Shown here piece by piece: positions 17,870 through 28,091 of a stretch of 64,000 nucleotides of DNA. Both the position numbers and the translations under genes were made by a program. Every line of letters starts with the position of its first letter. Within the stretch, counting starts at the first letter, position 1. The stretch comes from an uncultured Prevotella sp. (GTDB taxonomy: Bacteria; Bacteroidota; Bacteroidia; Bacteroidales; Bacteroidaceae), in contig CAMVOS010000002.1 of NCBI GenBank assembly GCA_947169185.1, forward strand, positions 14,080-78,079, given 5' to 3'. The notes under the pieces are model-generated. The model was not told where the DNA came from, did no database searches, and was given only the letters and a program-made list of their open reading frames with translations.

Positions 17870-19776
17870 CGTTTCGTTGCCTTGATAAAGTAGATAATCA
17901 ACAAGATGTATGCTACTAACGAAGCGAGTTCAGACAGCGGGTTGGCCCACCAAGCACTATAGTCGAACGACACGCCACCAAAGCGAAGCAGCGCGCTCAC
18001 GACGCCCATCAGAGCACCGCCAGCAATGAAACCAGAGGCAATGAGATTACCCTTCTCGCCACGGGCCTTGTTAACAGTCTCGTCTTTCGAACGTGTGGTG
18101 ACATACCAGTTGATAGCGCCACCGATAACCAGCGGTACGTTGAGTTCCATGGGGATGAACATACCCAGTGCAAAGGCCAATGCGGGAACTTTGCAAAGGG
18201 TTAGCACTACAGCAATGATTGCGCCAATGGCGTATAGTGCCCAAGGTGCGCCCACGCCATTCATCAGCGGATCGATGACTGCCGCCATAGCGTTGGCCTG
18301 TGGAGCAGCTAACGCGCCAGAAGCAAAACCGTAGGTCTCGTTCAACAGCATCATGACACCGCCAACAGTTGCAGCGCTGACCAGCGTACCCAGGAACTTC
18401 CAGGTCTGCTGCTTGCGGGGCTGTGTACCACACCAGTAACCAATCTTCAGGTCGGTAATGAACGAGCCCGCCATCGAGAGTGCCGTACATACCACACCGC
18501 CCATGATGAGCGCAGCAACCATACCGCCCGTGCCCTTCAGTCCTACAGCTACCATCACGACGGAAGCCAAGATGAGCGTCATCAGCGTCATACCAGAAAC
18601 GGGGTTCGAGCCCACAATGGCAATGGCGTTAGCCGCTACCGTCGTAAACAGGAAGGCGATGACTGCAGTCAGAATAATAGCTACCGCAGCAAAAAGCAGG
18701 TTGCCATCCATGACGCCAAACCAGAAGAACAGGAAGGTGAGGATGAGGGTGACTATTGAGGCGATAGCGATGAAGCGGAAGGGCAGGTCTTGACTCCCCT
18801 CGCTGCTGCTGGTTTCCCCTCCTGCCTTCGTTGCTAGTCCCACGGCGCTCTTAATGACGCCCCACGACTTGATGATACCGATAATGCCCGCCATAGCGAT
18901 GGCACCAATACCTATCGACTTACCATAAGAAGTAAAGATTTGCTCAGGCGACATATCGCCTACAGCGGTCGTGATGGCAGGGTTCCATTGGTTCAACACG
19001 GTATCGCCAAACAGCAGGGCCATGCCGGGCACTACGAGCCACCACACAAACAGTGAGCCCAGCGTGATAATCAGCGCATAGCGGAAACCGATGATATAAC
19101 CCAGCCCCAACACGGCAGCACCAGTATTGTTCTTAAACACGAGCTTGGCCTTTTCCGCTAGGTCGTCGCCATAGGGAATCATGCGCGAGGTGACGTTCTC
19201 GTTCCACCAACCGAATGTAGCCACGATGAAATCGTAGAGACCACCCACGAGGCCAGCGATGAGCAGGGGTCTGGCCTGAGAGGAGGCAGAACCACCCGAC
19301 GGAGATCCGTCGTCCTCTCCGCTCGTATCGCCACTCTTTAGCACCTGCGTCGTTGCCGTAGCCTCTGGGAAGGGGAATTGCTCCTGCGGGGCCTCGACGA
19401 AATAACGACGGAAGGGAATGAGGAACAGGATGCCCAACACGCCACCCAACAAGGAGGCGATGAAGATCTTCATGAAGTCGGCGCTCATCTCGGGGTACTT
19501 CGCCTGCAGGATATAGATGGCTGGCAGGGTAAAAATAGCGCCAGCGACCACAGCACCCGAACAGGCGCCAATGGACTGGATGATGACGTTCTCGCGCAGG
19601 GCATTGCTACGCTTGGCTGCAGCAGAAACACCAACGGCGATGATGGCAATGGGAATGGCAGCTTCAAAGACCTGTCCGACCTTCAATCCCAAATAGGCAG
19701 CAGCTGCAGAAAATAGGACTGCCATTAGGACACCCCATGTTACTGACCAAAAATTGACTTCACTTCTTTGTTTCAT
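17866..19776 (-). CDS. OPT family oligopeptide transporter
   Basis: Polytopic membrane protein with motifs FPEATAT, SNPVSGMTL, DLKIGYW and APQANAM. Confidence 0.92.
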   Translation of the reverse strand: MKQRSEVNFWSVTWGVLMAVLFSAAAAYLGLKVGQVFEAAIPIAIIAVGVSAAAKRSNALRENVIIQSIGACSGAVVAGAIFTLPAIYILQAKYPEMSADFMKIFIASLLGGVLGILFLIPFRRYFVEAPQEQFPFPEATATTQVLKSGDTSGEDDGSPSGGSASSQARPLLIAGLVGGLYDFIVATFGWWNENVTSRMIPYGDDLAEKAKLVFKNNTGAAVLGLGYIIGFRYALIITLGSLFVWWLVVPGMALLFGDTVLNQWNPAITTAVGDMSPEQIFTSYGKSIGIGAIAMAGIIGIIKSWGVIKSAVGLATKAGGETSSSEGSQDLPFRFIAIASIVTLILTFLFFWFGVMDGNLLFAAVAIILTAVIAFLFTTVAANAIAIVGSNPVSGMTLMTLILASVVMVAVGLKGTGGMVAALIMGGVVCTALSMAGSFITDLKIGYWCGTQPRKQQTWKFLGTLVSAATVGGVMMLLNETYGFASGALAAPQANAMAAVIDPLMNGVGAPWALYAIGAIIAVVLTLCKVPALAFALGMFIPMELNVPLVIGGAINWYVTTRSKDETVNKARGEKGNLIASGFIAGGALMGVVSALLRFGGVSFDYSAWWANPLSELASLVAYILLIIYFIKATKR

Positions 19777-19778
19777 AG

Positions 19779-20942
19779 TTATATTGCTTCTTTAATTCTT
19801 TCTAATGCTTTCATCAACAAACTACGAGGACAGGCGATGTTGATGCGAAGATAGCCCTCGCCACTCTTAGGCCCATACATCGTACCAGGATTCAACCAAA
19901 CATGTGCCTTTTGGAGTATCTTGTCGCAGTAGATGGCGACTGAATCGCCACAAACAGCAGACACATCAACCCACACCAGATACGTTCCCTCCAGAGGCAT
20001 CACTTTCCATTGGGGTATATGCTGTGCGACAAAATCGCATAGCGTCTGATAGTTATCCCAAAGGTAAAGGTTGAGTGCATCGATCCAGTCCTCACTCTCG
20101 TTATAGGCGGCTTTTACAGCCTCTGGGGCGAAAGGATTGACATCGCACACCTCATTGATATTAATGGCGCGGTCTAAACGACGACGTGTCTCAGTATCCT
20201 GACAGATGATATTGGCCATCTGGAGTCCTGCGATATTGAATGACTTCGAAGGGGAATTAAGAATAATCGCATCTTTGTCGACTGTTCCCATAGGCACGAA
20301 GGTGTAGCCCGGCATGATGAGTTCGCAATGGATTTCATCGGACACGATACGCACGTGGTGCTGGTGGCAGATGTCACGCATCCGTTCCAATTCCTCGCGA
20401 GTCCATACACGACCTGTAGGATTGTGAGGATTGCAAAGTAGGAATACGGTCGTTTTCTCGTCTGCACACTGAGCCTCGAAATCGTCCCAATCGGCTTCGA
20501 AACGGTTATTGCTATGGCATAACTGCAGCACGCTCTCAGCCACTTCGCAACCGTTGTTCTTGATACTGGAGAAGAAGCAGTTGTAGTCTGGCGAAAGGAT
20601 GAGAACTTTTTCGCCAGGCATAGTTAGCGCCTTGATAGCTACCGACATAGCGGGCACCACACCTATAGTATACAGCATCCACTCGCCCTGGATCGTCCAC
20701 TGGTGACGACGCTTAAACCACGAAATGACAGCGTCGTAGTAGTCGTCTTGAACGTATGTATAACCAAAGACAGGATGTGCTGCACGACGACGGATAGCCT
20801 CTTGGATAGCAGGAGCAACGGCAAAATCCATATCAGCTACCCAAAGGGGAATGACTTCTTTGCTAGGATTATCATCCCACTTCACACAGCCCGTACCTCT
20901 TCTCTCAACGATTTCGTCGAAGTTGAATTTCGTGCCTCCCAT
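19779..20942 (-). CDS. patB: MalY/PatB family PLP-dependent C-S lyase (cystathionine beta-lyase)
   Basis: Motifs LWVADMDF, LCNPHNPTGRVW, SDEIH and SPSKSFNIAGL. Confidence 0.88.
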   Translation of the reverse strand: MGGTKFNFDEIVERRGTGCVKWDDNPSKEVIPLWVADMDFAVAPAIQEAIRRRAAHPVFGYTYVQDDYYDAVISWFKRRHQWTIQGEWMLYTIGVVPAMSVAIKALTMPGEKVLILSPDYNCFFSSIKNNGCEVAESVLQLCHSNNRFEADWDDFEAQCADEKTTVFLLCNPHNPTGRVWTREELERMRDICHQHHVRIVSDEIHCELIMPGYTFVPMGTVDKDAIILNSPSKSFNIAGLQMANIICQDTETRRRLDRAININEVCDVNPFAPEAVKAAYNESEDWIDALNLYLWDNYQTLCDFVAQHIPQWKVMPLEGTYLVWVDVSAVCGDSVAIYCDKILQKAHVWLNPGTMYGPKSGEGYLRINIACPRSLLMKALERIKEAI

Positions 20943-20943
20943 C

Positions 20944-21795
20944 TTACTTCTTACCTCTTACTTCGATAATGCAATTATTCGGTTGACGCACGTTCTCATC
21001 GATAGTTATACTGCCGATGCTGTCAGCAACGATATGTCCACTGGTAGGATTCTTGATGTTTTCGATATGTCCACGAATGTCTGCCTCTACGGTAGAGTAC
21101 TCAAAGACGCGGTCGCAGGCCTTATCGAACGTACAGTTCTCGAGTACGAGATTCTGCGTATAGCACAGCAGCTGCTCACCTGCCAGATGACAATTTACCA
21201 ATCGAACATTCTTTGAGTGCCAAGCCAGATATTCACCATCCAGTTCAGAATCGTAAACTGTCACGTTCTCGCACTCCCAGAAAGAGTCCTTCGTCAGTAT
21301 CTTAGCATTGTGCACCTCGACATTCTTACAATATTGGAACACATATTTGGCATCGCTGTTTAGTCCATCAACATATATGTTCTTGCTAAACATGAAAGGA
21401 TAAGTTCCCCCATGGAGTGTGACGTTCTTCAGCTTCAAACCATTAATCTTCCAGAAAGTCTCGTCAGCATCGGTGATATTGACGTCTTCCAACTCCAAAT
21501 TATTCATCTCACGGAAGAATTTGGGGCCGTCGATGCGACAGCGACGCATGACCATATCGTTCGAGTACCAGATGGCTGAACGTGAACCAACGGCAAAATA
21601 GCAATCCTCAATCAATGCTCCGTCTACATGCCACCAAGGATATTTGCCATAGAAGCGACAATTGCTGGCCTGCATGTTCTGACACTGTTTGATGCCACTC
21701 TCACCATCTGTGATGATAATATTCTCCAACCTTAGGTCGTGGGTGGCGAAAAGTGGACGCTCACCCCCGAATTCTTTGTCTTTTATCAGTTCCAT
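20944..21795 (-). CDS. DUF3737 family beta-helix protein
   Basis: Motifs GERPLF, GKYPWWH and GEYLAWHS. This family is commonly adjacent to patB. Confidence 0.85.
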   Translation of the reverse strand: MELIKDKEFGGERPLFATHDLRLENIIITDGESGIKQCQNMQASNCRFYGKYPWWHVDGALIEDCYFAVGSRSAIWYSNDMVMRRCRIDGPKFFREMNNLELEDVNITDADETFWKINGLKLKNVTLHGGTYPFMFSKNIYVDGLNSDAKYVFQYCKNVEVHNAKILTKDSFWECENVTVYDSELDGEYLAWHSKNVRLVNCHLAGEQLLCYTQNLVLENCTFDKACDRVFEYSTVEADIRGHIENIKNPTSGHIVADSIGSITIDENVRQPNNCIIEVRGKK

Positions 21796-21819
21796 ACGTT
21801 AATAATTCATTAGTGGCTG

Positions 21820-21849
21820 CAAAGATACGAAAATTTTTTCGTACTTTTG
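21820..21849. promoter_or_regulatory. Back-to-back divergent promoters (DUF3737 operon / miaB)
   Basis: TATCTTTG at 21827-21820 (-) and TACTTTTG at 21842-21849 (+). Confidence 0.7.
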
Positions 21850-21872
21850 CACCCAAATAATAAAAAATAAGA

Positions 21873-23174
21873 ATGAAGAAACTTTATATAGAGACTTACG
21901 GATGCCAAATGAATGTCGCTGACTCCGAGGTTGTAGCCTCTGTGATGCAGATGGCTGGCTACGAGTCTACAGAGTCATTGGACGAGGCTGATGCTGTATT
22001 TTTGAATACCTGTTCGGTACGTGATAATGCTGAGCAGAAGATTTATCATCGCTTGGATGCACTGGATGCCATCAAGCGTAAACGTCCCCTGATTATTGGT
22101 GTGTTGGGCTGTATGGCAGAACGTGTAAAAGACGATCTGTTAGAGAACCATCATGCTGACTTGGTAGCTGGCCCTGATGCTTATCTGTCATTACCAGACC
22201 TTATTGCTCAGGCTGAGACAGGACATAAGGCTATTAATATCGAACTTTCTACTGATGAAACCTATCGTGACGTAGTGCCTCAGCGCTTGCACGGGACCCG
22301 TATTGGTGGTTTTGTCAGCATCATGCGAGGCTGTAACAATTTCTGCCATTATTGTATTGTTCCCTATACCAGAGGTCGTGAGCGTTCAAGAGATATTGAG
22401 AGCATCCTCCGTGAGGTGCGCGACCTTCGTGATCGTGGTTTTAAGGAGGTTACGCTTCTGGGACAGAATGTGAACTCTTATCATTTTGAAGACGTTGATT
22501 TCCCCACTTTGTTACGTCGTGTTGCTGAGGAAGTGCCTACGATGCGTGTCCGTTTTACTACGAGTCATCCGAAGGATATGAGTGATGAGACGCTGCATGT
22601 TATTGCTGAGATGCCTAATGTGTGCAAACACATCCATCTGCCAGTCCAGAGTGGCTCAGATCGTATCCTGAAACTGATGAATCGTAAATACACGCGCGAA
22701 TGGTATCTGGACCGTGTGGCTGCTATTCGTCGTATCATCCCTGACTGCGGACTATCAACGGATATCTTTGTGGGTTACCATAGCGAGACTGAGGAAGATC
22801 ATCAGCTGTCATTAAGTCTGATGCGTGAGGTAGGTTACGATTCTGCCTTTATGTTCAAATACTCTGAGCGCCCTGGCACTTATGCCTCAAAACATCTGCC
22901 TGACGACGTGCCTGAAGAAGAAAAGATCCGTCGTCTCAATGAATTGATAGCCTTGCAGACAGAAATCTCTGCCCAGCAAAATAAAAAAGATGAAGGTAAG
23001 GAGTTTGATGTGCTCATCGAAGGTTTTTCAAAGCGTAGTCGCGAGCAGCTGATGGGCCGAACGGAGCAGAATAAGGCTGTGGTGATGCCTAAGGCAGGTC
23101 ATCATATAGGAGAAACTGTACGTGTCCGAATTGTTGGGAGTACTAGTGCTACACTATTAGGCGAAATAATATGA
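21873..23174 (+). CDS. miaB: tRNA-2-methylthio-N6-dimethylallyladenosine synthase
   Basis: ETYGCQMN, radical SAM motif CNNFCHYC, and C-terminal TRAM domain. Confidence 0.97.
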   Translation: MKKLYIETYGCQMNVADSEVVASVMQMAGYESTESLDEADAVFLNTCSVRDNAEQKIYHRLDALDAIKRKRPLIIGVLGCMAERVKDDLLENHHADLVAGPDAYLSLPDLIAQAETGHKAINIELSTDETYRDVVPQRLHGTRIGGFVSIMRGCNNFCHYCIVPYTRGRERSRDIESILREVRDLRDRGFKEVTLLGQNVNSYHFEDVDFPTLLRRVAEEVPTMRVRFTTSHPKDMSDETLHVIAEMPNVCKHIHLPVQSGSDRILKLMNRKYTREWYLDRVAAIRRIIPDCGLSTDIFVGYHSETEEDHQLSLSLMREVGYDSAFMFKYSERPGTYASKHLPDDVPEEEKIRRLNELIALQTEISAQQNKKDEGKEFDVLIEGFSKRSREQLMGRTEQNKAVVMPKAGHHIGETVRVRIVGSTSATLLGEII

Positions 23175-25111
23175 GTTTCAGACGATTGGGATTGTTGTCT
23201 CCGCTGGCGGCTACCAGCTATAATCTAATGTTGGCCTTTGCGTTATATTTCATAGCGCGAATCGTCTATCTACTAGAGAATTGGAGCTATTTTTCGCCCA
23301 ATCTGACAAGTTCGCATCTCTTGGAGATGTTGAGTGGTGGACTATTGTTCGATACCAGTGCCATCATGCTCACAAACTCGTTGTATATTGTACTCATGCT
23401 GTTGCCGCTACACCAATTGGCGGTACCGACTTATCAGAAATTATGTCGTTGGATATTCTTGATAGTCAATGGAGTCGCGCTGGGCGTGAATTTCTGCGAT
23501 GCTGTATACTTCCCCTTTACTATGAGGCGTACAACAATGACGGTATTTGGCGAGTTTTCTAATGAAGGCAATTTGGGAAGCATCTTTCTTACGGAAACCC
23601 TTCGCCATTTCTATTTGTTAGTCCTCTTTGTATTCCTGATGTGGTTGGCTTGTCGTCTATATCGGCAGTCGGACATCAGAAAGACTGATTTCTGTTGGTG
23701 GCATTACGACGTGTCTTGTCTTCTCTCGTTATTGGCATTGGCTCCCTTTGTGGTTGCAGGTATTAGAGGGGGCTTCTCTACTGCAGTACGCCCTATCACG
23801 GTTTCTAATGCAAACCAGTATGTAGACCGCCCGATGGAAGCGGCATTGGTCCTGAATACTCCCTTCTCACTGTATCGTACTATTGGCAAAGCTGTATTTG
23901 TGGTGCCCGATTATTATAGTGATGAACAGGAGATGGAGCGTGTATATAATCCTATACATGTACCCAACGACACCGTACCAATGGTAAAGAAAAATGTTGT
24001 GGTACTCATCGTGGAAAGCTTTGGCAGAGAGTATATCGGTGCACTGAATCGTTCGTTGGAGAATGGTCACTATCGTGGTTATACTCCTTGTGTTGATTCT
24101 CTGATAGCCAAGAGTATCACGTTTAGCCACAGCTATTGCAATGGACGTAAGTCGATAGACGGAATGCCTTCTATCCTGAGTAGCATTCCGATGTTCGTAG
24201 AGCCATTCTTCCTTACCCCCGCTTCGATGAATCATGTTGGTGGAATAGCATCGTTGTTGGCAGGCGAAGGCTATCAGACGGCTTTCTTCCATGGTGCACA
24301 ACGCGGTTCTATGGGCTTTATGGCTTTCTCTCGAAGTACAGGATTCCAAGATTATTATGGTCGTGAGGACTTCAATGATGACAAACGCTTTGGTGGCGAT
24401 GATGACTTCGACGGGACGTGGGCCATTTGGGACGAACCGTTCCTTCAATACTATGCCACTAAAATGTCTGAGATGAAAGAGCCTTTTATGACTGCGGTAT
24501 TCACAGCTTCGAGCCATCACCCTTTTGCAATACCTAAAAAGTATAAACAACAGTTCCCAGAAGAGCATCTGCAAATTCATAAGTGTATCCGCTATACTGA
24601 TATGGCCATCGGTAAATTCTTCGAGAGGGCTAGCCGTGAACCTTGGTTTAAGAATACAATCTTTGTGTTGACGAGTGATCATACCAACATGAGTGACCAT
24701 CCAGAATACCAGACCGATTTAGGTGGATTCGCTTCGCCTATCATTATCTATGAAACAGGACGTGAGCCTGAAATACAGGATAAGATAGCTCAGCAGATAG
24801 ACATTTTACCAACCTTGATGGGTATGCTGCATTACCCCAATCCATATTTTGCTTTTGGTATCGATCTGCTGAATACTTCATCAGAGGACACATGGGCTGT
24901 CAACTATTTGAATGGTATCTACCAATATGTTAAATATGGTCACGTTCTCCAATTTGATGGCAAACAAATAAAGGCCATTTATGCTCTGACGGACTCATTA
25001 ATGAAACATAATTTGGAAGGTAAAGTTGCTGAACAATCACGGATGGAACGCGAATTAAAGGCAATTATTCAGCAGTACATGGAGCGTATGACTCAAGATA
25101 GGCTGAAATAA
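23171..25111 (+). CDS. LTA synthase family membrane sulfatase-fold phosphotransferase
   Basis: N-terminal TM helices; motifs VVVLIVESF, NGRKSIDG, SSHHPF and TSDH. Confidence 0.88.
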   Translation: MSFRRLGLLSPLAATSYNLMLAFALYFIARIVYLLENWSYFSPNLTSSHLLEMLSGGLLFDTSAIMLTNSLYIVLMLLPLHQLAVPTYQKLCRWIFLIVNGVALGVNFCDAVYFPFTMRRTTMTVFGEFSNEGNLGSIFLTETLRHFYLLVLFVFLMWLACRLYRQSDIRKTDFCWWHYDVSCLLSLLALAPFVVAGIRGGFSTAVRPITVSNANQYVDRPMEAALVLNTPFSLYRTIGKAVFVVPDYYSDEQEMERVYNPIHVPNDTVPMVKKNVVVLIVESFGREYIGALNRSLENGHYRGYTPCVDSLIAKSITFSHSYCNGRKSIDGMPSILSSIPMFVEPFFLTPASMNHVGGIASLLAGEGYQTAFFHGAQRGSMGFMAFSRSTGFQDYYGREDFNDDKRFGGDDDFDGTWAIWDEPFLQYYATKMSEMKEPFMTAVFTASSHHPFAIPKKYKQQFPEEHLQIHKCIRYTDMAIGKFFERASREPWFKNTIFVLTSDHTNMSDHPEYQTDLGGFASPIIIYETGREPEIQDKIAQQIDILPTLMGMLHYPNPYFAFGIDLLNTSSEDTWAVNYLNGIYQYVKYGHVLQFDGKQIKAIYALTDSLMKHNLEGKVAEQSRMERELKAIIQQYMERMTQDRLK

Positions 25112-25176
25112 TTGGTAATTAGCAATTGATAATTGAAAAAAAAACAGTACCTTTGTAGCCAAAAGATATCAGAAGT

Positions 25177-27012
25177 ATGTTGAAACAATTTTTCTCAGTT
25201 ATGTCGCGCTACCTCAAGCCGTATCGAAAGTATCTGGCTTGGTCGGTAGTAATCAATTTTCTATCACAGTGGATGAATGTTTTTTCTTTCGCTGTTCTGA
25301 TTCCTATCCTGAATATTCTTTTTAAGATAGATACAGCCGTATACACATATAAACCTTGGACATGGGAAACGTTAGATAAAGATCTTATAGTCAATAATGG
25401 CTATGCCTGGGTACAGGAACTGATTAGTACGAATGGAGCGTTTCTTACGTTAGTCTATATGGGACTTGCACTTATCATTATGACAGGTCTGAAAACATTA
25501 GGCTATTTTGCTTCTTCGGCCATTATGATTCCCTTACGAACAGGTGTCGTTCGCGATATTCGTATTGAAGTCTACGAGAAAGTGTTGAAGCTTCCTTTGA
25601 GTTTTTTTTCTGAGGAACGCAAAGGAGATATTATAGCCCGTATGTCGGCTGATGTGGGTGCTGTTGAGAATTCCATTACGAGCAGTATTGACATGCTAAT
25701 TCGTCAGCCAATAGCGATTATTGTCTGTTTTGCGACAATGCTGACTGTTAGTTGGCAACTGACATTATTTGTCATTATAGTGGCTCCATTAGCAGGTTGG
25801 ATAATGGGGTCTGTAAGTCGTAAACTGAAAGGACAATCTGCTTCCGTACAATCAAGGTGGGGCGATATGCTAGCCCAGTTAGATGAGACTCTTGGTGGCC
25901 TTCGTATTATTAAAGCTTTTATTGCTGAACACAAGATGTTACAGCGATTTGTCAATATTAACGAAGAGTATCGTAATGAAGCAAATGCTATGGCAATACG
26001 ACAGAGTGCTGCACACCCGATGTCAGAGTTTTTAGGCACGGTAATAATTGTTGTTGTGCTTTGGTTTGGGGGCTATTTGATACTGAGTGAGTCGAACCTC
26101 ATTGACGCACCGACATTCATTTTCTTCATGGTCATCCTCTACAGCGTCATCAACCCGCTGAAAGACTTGTCGAAGGCCACTTATCAGATACCGGTAGGTC
26201 TGGCCTCTATGGACCGTATCGACTTCATTCTTAAAGCAGACAATCCCATCAAGGAGCCTGAGCATCCACAGCCCATCCCCTCGTTCGAGAAGGACATCGA
26301 GCTGCGCAACGTGTCGTTCCACTATACCGAGGGCCGTCCTGTGCTGAAGCATATCAATCTGACAGTGCCCAAGGGAAAGACTATTGCACTCGTTGGCCAG
26401 TCGGGCTCTGGTAAGTCGACGCTCGTCGATCTCATACCTCGTTACCACGATGTTCGAGATGGCGAGGTGCTCATTGATGGTAAGAATATCAAGAACGTAC
26501 GCATTTCCGAATTACGCACGCTGATAGGTAATGTCAATCAGGAGGCTATTCTCTTCAACGACACCTTCTATAATAACATTACCTTTGGTGTGGAGAACGC
26601 CACGATGGAACAAGTTATTGAGGCTGCCAAGATTGCTAATGCTCACGACTTCATCATGGAGTCGGAACATGGCTATGATACGATGATAGGTGACCGAGGT
26701 GGGCGTCTCAGTGGTGGTCAGCGCCAGCGCGTCTCTATTGCTCGTGCTATTCTGAAGAATCCACCCATCTTAATACTTGATGAGGCAACTTCGGCTCTTG
26801 ATACTGAGTCAGAGCGTTTGGTGCAGGAAGCATTGGAACGTCTGATGAAGTCGCGCACTACCATTGCTATTGCCCACCGTTTGTCTACGATTAAGAATGC
26901 TGACGAAATCTACGTGCTTTATGAGGGCGAGATTGTAGAATGTGGTCAACATGACGAACTAATTGCTCAAAATGGTTACTATAAGCGCCTGTATGATATG
27001 CAGCAATTATAG
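25177..27012 (+). CDS. msbA: ABC transporter ATP-binding/permease, MsbA-like lipid A flippase
   Basis: TM domain plus GQSGSGKST, LSGGQRQR and ILDEATSALD. LPS locus context; TACCTTTG promoter box at 25148-25155. Confidence 0.8.
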   Translation: MLKQFFSVMSRYLKPYRKYLAWSVVINFLSQWMNVFSFAVLIPILNILFKIDTAVYTYKPWTWETLDKDLIVNNGYAWVQELISTNGAFLTLVYMGLALIIMTGLKTLGYFASSAIMIPLRTGVVRDIRIEVYEKVLKLPLSFFSEERKGDIIARMSADVGAVENSITSSIDMLIRQPIAIIVCFATMLTVSWQLTLFVIIVAPLAGWIMGSVSRKLKGQSASVQSRWGDMLAQLDETLGGLRIIKAFIAEHKMLQRFVNINEEYRNEANAMAIRQSAAHPMSEFLGTVIIVVVLWFGGYLILSESNLIDAPTFIFFMVILYSVINPLKDLSKATYQIPVGLASMDRIDFILKADNPIKEPEHPQPIPSFEKDIELRNVSFHYTEGRPVLKHINLTVPKGKTIALVGQSGSGKSTLVDLIPRYHDVRDGEVLIDGKNIKNVRISELRTLIGNVNQEAILFNDTFYNNITFGVENATMEQVIEAAKIANAHDFIMESEHGYDTMIGDRGGRLSGGQRQRVSIARAILKNPPILILDEATSALDTESERLVQEALERLMKSRTTIAIAHRLSTIKNADEIYVLYEGEIVECGQHDELIAQNGYYKRLYDMQQL

Positions 27013-27069
27013 TATTGCAAATTATTGTCGAATAGTATAGATATAATTTTGAAAGATGATTATAAAGCA

Positions 27070-28083
27070 ATGATTTATTTCTGCACATTATTTGATTCAA
27101 ACTATTCTGCAAAGGGACTAGCGATGTACTATTCGTTAGTCCGGCATTGTCCATCCTTTCATCTATATGTATTTGCCTTTGACGATAAACTTGCAGAGGC
27201 ATTGATGATAATGCAGCTGAAACACATGACGATAATAGGCTTAAAGGAATTCGAAGACGAACAGTTGTTGGCGATAAAGCCTACACGAAGTCAAAGCGAG
27301 TATTGTTGGACATGTTCTAGTTCTACTATTTTATATTGCCTTCAGCACTATGATATAGATTCGTGTACATATATTGATTCTGATTTGTTCTTCTTTGCTG
27401 ACCCAAAAGTCTTAATAGAAGAAATGGGTGATAAAGATGTGTTGATAACTTCACACCGATATTCTCCACAATACGATCAATCAGCAACTTCAGGTAAATA
27501 TTGCGTGCAGTTTATGACCTTCAAAAATACGCCAAATGCACTTCATGTTTTGAATTGGTGGCGTAATGCTTGTATAGAATGGTGTTACAACAGATTCGAG
27601 AATGGGAAATTCGGTGATCAGAAGTATTTGGACGATTGGACAGAACGGTTCACCGGAATTCACGAACTACAGAATTTGGGAGGTGGCGTGGCTCCATGGA
27701 ATATGCAGCAATATACCTTCAGACGTGAGGGCGATAGCGTTATTGGTACAGAGCTGTCGACAGGAAAAGACTTCAAGCTCGTCTTTTTCCATTTCCATGA
27801 TTTGTTGTGCTATAAGAAGGGAGTCTTCCGTGAATTTAGTATTTGTCCTAACTATATCCTGCCTAAGAGCGCGAAGGATGTCGTCTATAGCCTTTACCTC
27901 CCTGTGTTGAAGCGTAGTTATGTAGAGATGAAAAAGGTAAATGCCAGCATTGATGGTCTGGCAACTAAGCCAGTACTTAATAAGTCGTTTGTAGGGTGGG
28001 TTTTTAAGTTTTCCAAGCGAAGCCTATTGAATTATCTACAGTTTGATCGTTATATGAAATACTGCCATTGGATTAAAAGTTAA
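27070..28083 (+). CDS. Putative GT-A fold glycosyltransferase
   Basis: YIDSDLFFF (DxD motif) and FGDQKYLD. Start placed at MIYFCTLFD (ATG 27070). Confidence 0.75.
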   Translation: MIYFCTLFDSNYSAKGLAMYYSLVRHCPSFHLYVFAFDDKLAEALMIMQLKHMTIIGLKEFEDEQLLAIKPTRSQSEYCWTCSSSTILYCLQHYDIDSCTYIDSDLFFFADPKVLIEEMGDKDVLITSHRYSPQYDQSATSGKYCVQFMTFKNTPNALHVLNWWRNACIEWCYNRFENGKFGDQKYLDDWTERFTGIHELQNLGGGVAPWNMQQYTFRREGDSVIGTELSTGKDFKLVFFHFHDLLCYKKGVFREFSICPNYILPKSAKDVVYSLYLPVLKRSYVEMKKVNASIDGLATKPVLNKSFVGWVFKFSKRSLLNYLQFDRYMKYCHWIKS

Positions 28084-28091
28084 TAAATAAA

